A DNA stretch of 64,000 nucleotides from Laetmonice hystrix (Eukaryota), in assembly GCA_965235115.1 (NCBI GenBank), contig OZ249436.1:24306001-24370000 (forward strand), given 5' to 3'. The translations under genes were made by a program, and so were the position numbers. This document shows positions 1 to 10,521 of the stretch, piece after piece (within the stretch, counting starts at the first letter, position 1; each line of letters starts with the position of its first letter). The notes under the pieces were generated by a model that saw only the letters and a list, made by a program, of their open reading frames with translations, made no database searches and was not told where the DNA came from.

Positions 1-60
1 TCCGCCACAAGGCAAATTCAGTCAATGCAAGCTGGAAAATCGAATGTCAAACCTAATGCT

Positions 61-70
61 CCCCCCCCCC
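61..70 (+). repeat. Length-variable poly-C tract (C7-C12), one per monomer
   Basis: C10 in unit 1, C8 in unit 3, C11 in unit 6, C12 in units 14, 16, 23 and 28, C7 in unit 24. It accounts for most of the 1751-1756 length spread. Confidence 0.95.
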
Positions 71-131
71 AGCACGTTAACTGAAAAAAATCAACTAGCT
101 TGAAAACTAGAATATAGCTTTGTTTAGCTAA

Positions 132-371
132 CAATCTACTCTCCCAGCGCCATCAACTCGCATACAGGCGTAAAAGCAAACGCACTGCCCCATATAATGC
201 TCCCAGCCTAAGACGATGTTGCAATTAATTTAAGATTAACAAGATGCACTAGTAATCCGATCCAAGCCTAATTACGTCATTGCTAGTTTCATAACCAAAT
301 CTCACAGAAAATACCCCACCCGCGCACATAACCTGAAAATATTTAACTTTTATCTCCAATGTATCCCTGTG
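132..371. repeat. Degenerate ancestral ~220-bp subunit, copy 1 of half A
   Basis: caatctactctcccagcgccatcaactcgcatacaggcgtaaaagc (132) aligns without gaps to 562 and 785. Homology to the 785 copy continues ~210 bp, to gcacataacctgaaaatatt (324) versus gcacatgagctggagatatt (968). Confidence 0.8.
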
Positions 372-561
372 CACCTAGTAGCACACAAGCGGGCCCAATT
401 TTGACATCCCAACACAAATACCGCAAATACCCGCCTAATGGCACAAAAAACTTTCTACCCCGTTGCAAGTCACATTAGCGTGCTGCTTGTCGTAAAAAAT
501 GGTGCAGACCATTTCTAAAGTCACAGTACCCCACTCCCGGCCTAATATTACGTTTCAGTAT

Positions 562-784
562 CCATATACGCTGCAAGCGGCAGGAACTCGAATACAGGCC
601 TAAAAGTAACCCCAGTCTAGCAATATCATACTCTCATGCCATATACGAGCTTGTAATTATCTTTAATTAATGGGCTCCGCAGCACCAACCCACTGCATTA
701 ACATTTGTTTAACAGCTTAACGCACCTTGTAAAAAATTTTCAAGTGCGTAAAAATGCGTGTCCACCTCCACATACTTTAAAAAT
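562..784. repeat. Degenerate ancestral ~220-bp subunit, copy 3 of half A (paralogue in half B starts at 1441)
   Basis: ccatatacgctgcaagcggcaggaactcgaatacaggcctaaaagt...acgagcttgtaatta matches the 132 and 785 modules over ~105 bp. The 3' part is more diverged. Confidence 0.7.
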
Positions 785-1025
785 CACTATACCCACCCAG
801 CGACATTCACTCTAATACACGCCTAAGAGGAACTTCACTGTCCCATTTGATTCTCCAGCACGTATAGGATGTTTCAAGTAACATTTATCCACGGTCTGGC
901 CCAATAACGTGCAACAAGGCATAGTAAGTCAATGCGACCTCGCATGTCAAACCTAACCCGCCCCCCAGCACATGAGCTGGAGATATTCAAATAGCTTGAA
1001 AACTAGAATATAGCTTTGCTTAATA
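785..1025. repeat. Degenerate ancestral ~220-bp subunit, copy 4 of half A (paralogue in half B starts at 1690)
   Basis: cactatacccacccagcgacattcactctaatacacgcctaagagg...cactgtcccatttgattctccagcacgtataggatgtttcaagtaa versus cactgccccatataatgctcccagcctaagacgatgttgcaattaa in the 132 copy. Confidence 0.8.
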
Positions 1026-1849
1026 CCATTATACCATCAACTCGCATTACAGGCCTAATGCGAAGCTCCCAGCCTAAAACGAGTTTCCAATTAATTTAAA
1101 GTTAACAAGATGCACTAATAATCGATTCCAAGCCTAATTAGGCCATTGCTAGTTGGATAACCAAATCTCATACAAAATACACCCTCCCGGCAGATGACCT
1201 GAGAATATTCAACTCTTATGTCCGATATATCCCTGTCCGCTTAGTAGCACCCAGCCGGGCCCCCATTTTGACATTGCAACACCAATACAGCAAGTGCCCA
1301 GCTAACAGCACAAATAACAGGATTCAGGGCTTCCTACCACGTTACAAGTCACAATAGATTGCTGCCTGTCGTAAAAATATACCAGACCATTTTAAAAAGT
1401 CACAGAACCCCAATCCGGCCCTAATATGTCACTCCCAGTACCAATAGACGCTGGAAGCACCATCAACTGAAATTCAGGCCTAGAACCCACCTCTCTCTAC
1501 CAATATCATGCACCTAGTCCGTATACGAGGTTGTAATTTACTTTAATCAACGGGCTGCGCCGCAGCAACCCACTCTGGTCTTTGCAATCTTTTTCAATAT
1601 GCGTTAACATTTGTGACCAGCTCAACGCGCCTTGTAAAATTTTTCAAAGTGCGTAAAAGTGTGTGTCCACCCCGACACGCTTTCCAAACCACTATACCCA
1701 CCGAGCGACATCCACTCAAATACAGGCTTCGACCGATCCTCACTGTGCCAATAATCCGCCACAAGGCAAATTCAGTCAATGCAAGCTGGAAAATCGAATG
1801 TCAAACCTAATGCTCCCCCCCCCCAGCACGTTAACTGAAAATAATCAAC
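992..1849. repeat. Sub-repeat half B (~858 bp), diverged paralogue of half A
   Basis: About 75 substitutions over ~387 hand-aligned gap-free positions (~80% identity), plus block indels. B lacks most of A 844-900 and part of A 175-198, and has extra sequence near 1576-1600 and 1315-1328. Confidence 0.95.
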
Positions 1850-3508
1850 TAGCTTGAAAACTAGAATATAGCTTTGTTAAGCTAACAATCTACTCTCCCA
1901 GCGCCATCAACTCGCATACAGGCGTAAAAGCAAACGCACTGCCCCATATAATGCTCCCAGCCTAAAACGATGTTGCAATTAATTTAAAATTAACAAGATG
2001 CACTAGTAATCCGATCCAAGCCTAATTACGTCATTGCTAGTTTCATAACCAAATCTCACAGAAAATACCCCACCCGCGCACATAACCTGAAAATATTCAA
2101 CTTTTATCTCCAATGTATCCCTGTGCACCTAGTAGCACCCAAGCGGGCCCAATTTTGACATTCCAACACAAATACCGCAAATACCCGCCTAATGGCACAA
2201 AAAACTTTCTACCCCGTTGCAAGTCACATTAGCTTGCTGCTTGTCGTAAAAAATGGTGCAGACCATTTCTAAAGTCACAGTACCCCACTCCCGGCCTAAT
2301 ATTACGTTTCAGTATCCATATACGCTGCAAGCGGCAGGAACTCGAATACAGGCCTAAAAGTAACCCCAGTCTAGCAATATCATACTCTCATGCCATATAC
2401 GAGCTTGTAATTATCTTTAATTAATGGGCTCCGCAGCACCAACCCACTGCATTAACATTTGTTTAACAGCTTAACGCACCTTGTAAAAAATTTTCAAGTG
2501 CGTAAAAATGCGTGTCCACCTCCACATACTTTAAACATCACTATACCCACCCAGCGACATTCACTCTAATACACGCCTAAGAGGAACTTCACTGTCCCAT
2601 TTGATTCTCCAGCACGTATAGGATGTTTCAAGTAACATTTATCCACGGTCTGGCCCAATAACGTGCAACAAGGCATAGTAAGTCAATGCGACCTCGCATG
2701 TCAAACCTAACCCGCCCCCCAGCACATGAGCTGGAGATATTCAAATAGCTTGAAAACTAGAATATAGCTTTGCTTAATACCATTATACCATCAACTCGCA
2801 TTACAGGCCTAATGCGAAGCTCCCAGCCTAAAACGAGTTTCCAATTAATTTAAAGTTAACAAGATGCACTAATAATCGATTCCAAGCCTAATTAGGCCAT
2901 TGCTAGTTGGATAACCAAATCTCATACAAAATACACCCTCCCGGCAGATGACCTGAGAATATTCAACTCTTATGTCCGATATATCCCTGTCCGCTTAGTA
3001 GCACCCAGCCGGGCCCCCATTTTGACATTGCAACACCAATACAGCAAGTGCCCAGCTAACAGCACAAATAACAGGATTCAGGGCTTCCTACCACGTTACA
3101 AGTCACAATAGATTGCTGCCTGTCGTAAAAATATACCAGACCATTTTAAAAAGTCACAGAACCCCAATCCGGCCCTAATATGTCACTCCCAGTACCAATA
3201 GACGCTGGAAGCACCATCAACTGAAATTCAGGCCTAGAACCCACCTCTCTCTACCAATATCATGCACCTAGTCCGTATACGAGGTTGTAATTTACTTTAA
3301 TCAACGGGCTGCGCCGCAGCAACCCACTCTGGTCTTTGCAATCTTTTTCAATATGCGTTAACATTTGTGACCAGCTCAACGCGCCTTGTAAAATTTTTCA
3401 AAGTGCGTAAAAGTGTGTGTCCACCCCGACACGCTTTCCAAACCACTATACCCACCGAGCGACATCCACTCAAATACAGGCTTCGACCGATCCTCACTGT
3501 GCCAATAA

Positions 3509-6500
3509 TCCGCCACAAGGCAAATTCAGTCAATGCAAGCTGGAAAATCGAATGTCAAACCTAATGCTCCCCCCCCAGCACGTTAACTGAAAAAAATCAA
3601 CTAGCTTGAAAACTAGAATATAGCTTTGTTTAGCTAACAATCTACTCTCCCAGCGCCATCAACTCGCATACAGGCGTAAAAGCAAACGCACTGCCCCATA
3701 TAATGCTCCCAGCCTAAGACGATGTTGCAATTAATTTAAGATTAACAAGATGCACTAGTAATCCGATCCAAGCCTAATTACGTCATTGCTAGTTTCATAA
3801 CCAAATCTCACAGAAAATACCCCACCCGCGCACATAACCTGAAAATATTCAACTTTTATCTCCAATGTATCCCTGTGCACCTAGTAGCACCCAAGCGGGC
3901 CCAATTTTGACATTCCAACACAAATACCGCAAATACCCGCCTAATGGCACAAAAAAACTTTCTACCCCGTTGCAAGTCACATTAGCTTGCTGCTTGTCGT
4001 AAAAAATGGTGCAGACCATTTCTAAAGTCACAGTACCCCACTCCCGGCCTAATATTACGTTTCAGTATCCATATACGCTGCAAGCGGCAAGAACTCGAAT
4101 ACAGGCCTAAAAGTAACCCCAGTCTAGCAATATCATACTCTCATGCCATATACGAGCTTGTAATTATCTTTAATTAATGGGCTCCGCAGCACCAACCCAC
4201 TGCATTAACATTTGTTTAACAGCTTGACGCACCTTGTAAAAAATTTTCAAGTGCGTAAAAATGCGTGTCCACCTCCACATACTTTAAAAATCACTATACC
4301 CACCCAGCGACATTCACTCTAATACACGCCTAAGAGGAACTTCACTGTCCCATTTGATTCTCCAGCACGTATAGGATGTTTCAAGTAACATTCATCCACG
4401 GTCTGGCCCAATAACGTGCAACAAGGCATAGTAAGTCAATGCGAGCTCGCATGTCAAACCTAACCCGCCCCCCAGCACATGAGCTGAAAATATTCAAATA
4501 GCTTGAAAACTAGAATATAGCTTTGCTTAATACCATTATACCATCAACTCGCATTACAGGCCTAATGCGAAGCTCCCAGCCTAAAACGAGTTTCCAATTA
4601 ATTTAAAGTTAACAAGATGCACTAATAATCGATTCCAAGCCTAATTAGGCCATTGCTAGTTGGATAACCAAATCTCATACAAAATACACCCTCCCGGCAG
4701 ATGACCTGAGAATATTCAACTCTTATGTCCGATATATCCCTGTCCGCTTTGTAGCACCCAGCCGGGCCCCCATTTTGACATTGCAACACCAATACAGCAA
4801 GTGCCCAGCTAACAGCACAAATAACAGGATTCAGGGCTTCCTACCACGTTACAAGTCACAATAGATTGCTGCCTGTCGTAAAAATATACCAGACCATTTT
4901 AAAAAGTCACAGAACCCCAATCCGGCCCTAATATGTCACTCCCAGTACCAATACACTCTGGAAGCACCATCAACTGAAATTCAGGCCTAGAACCCACCTC
5001 TCTCTACCAATATCATGCACCTAGTCCGTATACGAGGTTGTAATTTACTTTAATCAACGGGCTGCGCCGCAGCAACCCACTCTGGTCTTTGCAATCTTTT
5101 TCAATATGCGTTAACATTTGTAACCAGCTCAACGCGCCTTGTAAAATTTTTCAAAGTGCGTAAAAGTGTGTGTCCACCCCGACACGCTTTCCAAACCACT
5201 ATACCCACCGAGCGACATCCACTCAAATACAGGCTTCGACCGATCCTCACTGTGCCAATAATCCGCCACAAGGCAAATTCAGTCAATGCAAGCTGGAAAA
5301 TCGAATGTCAAACCTAATACTCCCCCCCCCAGCACGTTAACTGAAAATAATCAACTAGCTTGAAAACTAGAATATAGCTTTGTTTAGCTAACAATCTACT
5401 CTCCCAGCGCCATCAACTCGCATACAGGCGTAAAAGCAAACGCACTGCCCCATATAATGCTCCCAGCCTAAAACGATGTTGCAATTAATTTAAAATTAAC
5501 AAGATGCACTAGTAATCCGATCCAAGCTTAATTACGTCATTGCTAGTTTCATAACCAAATCTCACAGAAAATACCCCACCCGCGCACATAACCTGAAAAT
5601 ATTCAACTTTTATCTCCAATGTATCCCTGTGCACCTAGTAGCACCCAAGCGGGCCCAATTTTGACATCCCAACACAAATACCGCAAATACCCGCCTAATG
5701 GCACAAAAAACTTTCTACCCCGTTGCAAGTCACATTAGCGTGCTGCTTGTCGTAAAAAATGGTGCAGACCATTTCTAAAGTCACAGTACCCCACTCCCGG
5801 CCTAATATTACGTTTCAGTATCCATATACGCTGCAAGCGGCAGGAACTCGAATACAGGCCTAAAAGTAACCTCAGTCTAGCAATATCATACTCCCATGCC
5901 ATATACGAGCTTGTAATTATCTTTAATTAATGGGCTCCGCAGCACCAACCCACTGCATTAACATTTGTTTAACAGCTTAACACACCTTGTAAAATTTTTT
6001 CAAGTGCGTAAAAATGCGTGTCCACCTCCACATACTTTAAAAATCACTATACCCACCCAGCGACATCCACTCTAATACACGCCTAAAAGGAACTTCACTG
6101 TCCCATTTGATTCTCCAGCACGTATAGGATGTTTCAAGTAACATTCATCCACGGTCTGGCCCAATAACGTGCAACAAGGCATAGTAAGTCAATGCGAGCT
6201 CGCATGTCAAACCTAACCCGCCCCCAAGCACATGAGCTGAAATATTCAAATAGCTTGAAAACTAGAATATAGCTTTGCTTAATACCATTATACCATCAAC
6301 TCGCATTACAGGCCTAATGCGAAGCTCCCAGCCTAAAACGAGTTTCCAATTAATTTAAAGTTAACAAGATGCACTAATAATCGATTCCAAGCCTAATTAG
6401 GCCATTGCTAGTTGGATAACCAAATCTCATACAAAATACACCCTCCCGGCAGATGACCTGAGAATATTCAACTCTTATGTCCGATATATCCCTGTCCGCT

Positions 6501-9500
6501 TAGTAGCACCCAGCCGGGTCCCCATTTTGACATTGCAACACCAATACAGCAAGTGCCCAGCTAACAGCACAAATAACAGGATTCAGGGCTTCCTACCACG
6601 TTACAAGTCACAATAGATTGCTGCCTGTCGTAAAAATATACCAGACCATTTTAAAAAGTCACAGAACCCCAATCCGGCCCTAATATGTCACTCCCAGTAC
6701 CAATAGACGCTGGAAGCACCATCAACTGAAATTCAGGCCTAGAACCCACCTCTCTCTACCAATATCATGCACCTAGTCCGTATACGAGGTTGTAATTTAC
6801 TTTAATCAACGGGCTGCGCCGCAGCAACCCACTCTGGTCTTTGCAATCTTTTTCAATATGCGTTAACATTTGTGACCAGCTCAACGCGCCTTGTAAAATT
6901 TTTCAAAGTGTGTAAAAGTGTGTGTCCACCCCGACACGCTTTCCAAACCACTATACCCACCGAGCGACATCCACTCAAATACAGGCTTCGACCGATCCTC
7001 ACTGTGCCAATAATCCGCCACAAGGCAAATTCAGTCAATGCAAGCTGGAAAATCGAATGTCAAACCTAATGCTCCCCCCCCCAGCACGTTAACTGAAAAA
7101 AATCAACTAGCTTGAAAACTAGAATATAGCTTTGTTTAGCTAACAATCTACTCTCCCAGCGCCATCAACTCGCATACAGGCGTAAAAGCAAACGCACTGC
7201 CCCATATAATGCTCCCAGCATAAAACGATGTTGCAATTAATTTAAAATTAACAAGATGCACTAGTAATCCGATCCAAGCTTAATTACGTCATTGCTAGTT
7301 TCATAACCAAATCTCACAGAAAATACCCCACCCGGGCACATAACCTGAAAATATTCAACTTTTATCTCCAATGTATCCCTGTGCACCTAGTAGCACCCAA
7401 GCGGGCCCAATTTTGACATTCCAACACAAATACCGCAAATACCCGCCTAATGGCACAAAAAACTTTCTACCCCGTTGCAAGTCACATTAGCTTGCTGCTT
7501 GTCGTAAAAAATGGTGCAGACCATTTCTAAAGTCACAGTACCCCACTCCCGGCCTAATATTACGTTTCAGTATCCATATACGCTGCAAGCGGCAGGAACT
7601 CGAATACAGGCCTAAAAGTAACCCCAGTCTAGCAATATCATACTCTCATGCCATATACGAGCTTGTAATTATCTTTAATTAATGGGCTCCGCAGCACCAA
7701 CCCACTGCATTAACATTTGTTTAACAGCTTAACGCACCTTGTAAAAAAATTTTCAAGTGCGTAAAAATGCGTGTCCACCTCCACATACTTTAAAAATCAC
7801 TATACCCACCCAGCGACATTCACTCTAATACACGCCTAAGAGGAACTTCACTGTCCCATTTGATTCTCCAGCACGTATAGGATGTTTCAAGTAACATTTA
7901 TCCACGGTCTGGCCCAATAACGTGCAACAAGGCATAGTAAGTCAATGCGAGCTCGCATGTCAAACCTAACCCGCCCCCCAGCACATGAGCTGAAAATATT
8001 CAAATAGCTTGAAAACTAGAATATAGCTTTGCTTAATACCATTATACCATCAACTCGCATTACAGGCCTAATGCGAAGCTCCCAGCCTAAAACGAGTTTC
8101 CAATTAATTTAAAGTTAACAAGATGCACTAATAATCGATTCCAAGCCTAATTAGGCCATTGCTAGTTGGATAACCAAATCTCATACAAAATACACCCTCC
8201 CGGCAGATGACCTGAGAATATTCAACTCTTATGTCCGATATATCCCTGTCCGCTTAGTAGCACCCAGCCGGGCCCCCATTTTGACATTGCAACACCAATA
8301 CAGCAAGTGCCCAGCTAACAGCACAAATAACAGGATTCAGGGCTTCCTACCACGTTACAAGTCACAATAGATTGCTGCCTGTCGTAAAAATATACCAGAC
8401 CATTTTAAAAAGTCACAGAACCCCAATCCGGCCCTAATATGTCACTCCCAGTACCAATACACGCTGGAAGCACCATCAACTGAAATTCAGGCCTAGAACC
8501 CACCTCTCTCTACCAATATCATGCACCTAGTCCGTATACGAGGTTGTAATTTACTTTAATCAACGGGCTGCGCCGCAGCAACCCACTCTGGTCTTTGCAA
8601 TCTTTTCAATATGCGTTAACATTTGTAACCAGCTCAACGCGCCTTGTAAAATTTTTCAAAGTGCGTAAAAGTGTGTGTCCACCCCGACACGCTTTCCAAA
8701 CCACTATACCCACCGAGCGACATCCACTCAAATACAGGCTTCGACCGATCCTCACTGTGCCAATAATCCGCCACAAGGCAAATTCAGTCAATGCAAGCTG
8801 GAAAATCGAATGTCAAACCTAATGCTCCCCCCCCCCCAGCACGTTAACTGAAAATAATCAACTAGCTTGAAAACTAGAATATAGCTTTGTTAAGCTAACA
8901 ATCTACTCTCCCAGCGCCATCAACTCGCATACAGGCGTAAAAGCAAACGCACTGCCCCATATAATGCTTCCAGCCTAAAACGATGTTGCAATTAATTTAA
9001 AATTAACAAGATGCACTAGTAATCCGATCCAAGCCTAATTACGTCATTGCTAGTTTCATAACCAAATCTCACAGAAAATACCCCACCCGCGCACATAACC
9101 TGAAAATATTCAACTTTTATCTCCAATGTATCCCTGTGCACCTAGTAGCACCCAAGCGGGCCCAATTTTGACATTCCAACACAAATACCGCAAATACCCG
9201 CCTAATGGCACAAAAAACTTTCTACCCCGTTGCAAGTCACATTAGCTTGCTGCTTGTCGTAAAAAATGGTGCAGACCATTTCTAAAGTCACAGTACCCCA
9301 CTCCCGGCCTAATATTACGTTTCAGTATCCATATACGCTGCAAGCGGCAGGAACTCGAATACAGGCCTAAAAGTAACCCCAGTCTAGCAATATCATACTC
9401 TCATGCCATATACGAGCTTGTAATTATCTTTAATTAATGGGCTCCGCAGCACCAACCCACTGCATTAACATTTGTTTAACAGCTTAACGCACCTTGTAAA

Positions 9501-10521
9501 AAATTTTCAAGTGCGTAAAAATGCGTGTCCACCTCCACATACTTTAAAAATCACTATACCCACCCAGCGACATTCACTCTAATACACGCCTAAGAGGAAC
9601 TTCACTGTCCCATTTGATTCTCCAGCACGTATAGGATGTTTCAAGTAACATTTATCCACGGTCTGGCCCAATAACGTGCAACAAGGCATAGTAAGTCAAT
9701 GCGACCTCGCATGTCAAACCTAACCCGCCCCCCAGCACATGAGCTGGAGATATTCAAATAGCTTGAAAACTAGAATATAGCTTTGCTTAATACCATTATA
9801 CCATCAACTCGCATTACAGGCCTAATGCGAAGCTCCCAGCCTAAAACGAGTTTCCAATTAATTTAAAGTTAACAAGATGCACTAATAATCGATTCCAAGC
9901 CTAATTAGGCCATTGCTAGTTGGATAACCAAATCTCATACAAAATACACCCTCCCGGCAGATGACCTGAGAATATTCAACTCTTATGTCCGATATATCCC
10001 TGTCCGCTTAGTAGCACCCAGCCGGGCCCCCATTTTGACATTGCAACACCAATACAGCAAGTGCCCAGCTAACAGCACAAATAACAGGATTCAGGGCTTC
10101 CTACCACGTTACAAGTCACAATAGATTGCTGCCTGTCGTAAAAATATACCAGACCATTTTAAAAAGTCACAGAACCCCAATCCGGCCCTAATATGTCACT
10201 CCCAGTACCAATAGACGCTGGAAGCACCATCAACTGAAATTCAGGCCTAGAACCCACCTCTCTCTACCAATATCATGCACCTAGTCCGTATACGAGGTTG
10301 TAATTTACTTTAATCAACGGGCTGCGCCGCAGCAACCCACTCTGGTCTTTGCAATCTTTTTCAATATGCGTTAACATTTGTGACCAGCTCAACGCGCCTT
10401 GTAAAATTTTTCAAAGTGCGTAAAAGTGTGTGTCCACCCCGACACGCTTTCCAAACCACTATACCCACCGAGCGACATCCACTCAAATACAGGCTTCGAC
10501 CGATCCTCACTGTGCCAATAA
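3509..10521. repeat. Four-monomer higher-order block D-E-F-G, copy 1 (units 3-6)
   Basis: Ordered diagnostic haplotypes. D: A7 in gcacaaaaaaac, gcggcaagaa, cttgacg, gctttgtag, tacactctg. E: ctaatact, aagctta, aacctcag, taacacacc. F: agcataaaa, cgggcac, tcttttcaa. G: atgcttccag. Confidence 0.9.

Larger units (their letters stand above)
96..991. repeat. Sub-repeat half A (~896 bp) of the dimeric monomer
   Basis: Starts with tagcttgaaaactagaatatagctttg, which recurs at 992. Collinear with 992-1849, sharing ttaacaagatgcacta, ccaagcctaatta, ataaccaaatctca, aagtgcgtaaaa, cactatacccacc and atgtcaaacctaa in the same order. Confidence 0.95.
1..1754. repeat. Representative monomer (unit 1; phase set arbitrarily by the window start)
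   Basis: Sequence from position 1 restarts at 1755. Single ClaI site (atcgat, 1121) and two ApaI sites (gggccc) per typical monomer. Confidence 0.98.

Noticed and set aside
61..70. Canonical G-quadruplex on the minus strand
   Set aside because: No cluster of four G3 tracts with short loops; G7-G12 alone is too short for a three-tier intramolecular G4.
96..1018. The 27-bp box as a CRISPR direct repeat
   Set aside because: The intervening segments are ~830-870 bp and are themselves repeated; there are no unique spacers and no cas genes.
1198..1210. Satellite-encoded hammerhead ribozyme
   Set aside because: No CTGANGA core seen on either strand (the closest is ctgagaa), and no supporting stems.
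1727..1743. CENP-B box (TTCGNNNNANNCGGG) at cttcgaccgatcctcac
   Set aside because: Matches TTCG and the central A but lacks the essential CGGG.
1..1754. Tandem 5S rRNA, snRNA, SL RNA, tRNA or histone gene array
   Set aside because: I found no 5S conserved core, tRNA cloverleaf or proper B box, known spliced leader or histone ORF on either strand. The aattttga near 397 is only a weak Sm-site look-alike. An Rfam cmscan would be decisive.
1594..1779. Recurrent 61-aa minus-strand ORF (MTEFALWRII...) in all 36 units
   Set aside because: Starts at TTG, has no recognisable domain, overlaps two equally short plus-strand ORFs, and the paralogous half has no equivalent ORF. Recurrence follows trivially from the repeat.
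1613..1857. 63-75-aa plus-strand ORFs (MTSSTRLV..., MSTPTRFP..., MQSFQY...)
   Set aside because: GTG/TTG starts; they appear or disappear with single SNPs or homopolymer length; no homology recognised.
3849..4031. 60-aa ORF in D units, and the one-off 66-aa ORF at 25708
   Set aside because: Created by a 1-bp A insertion and a private A>G change respectively; useful only as haplotype markers.
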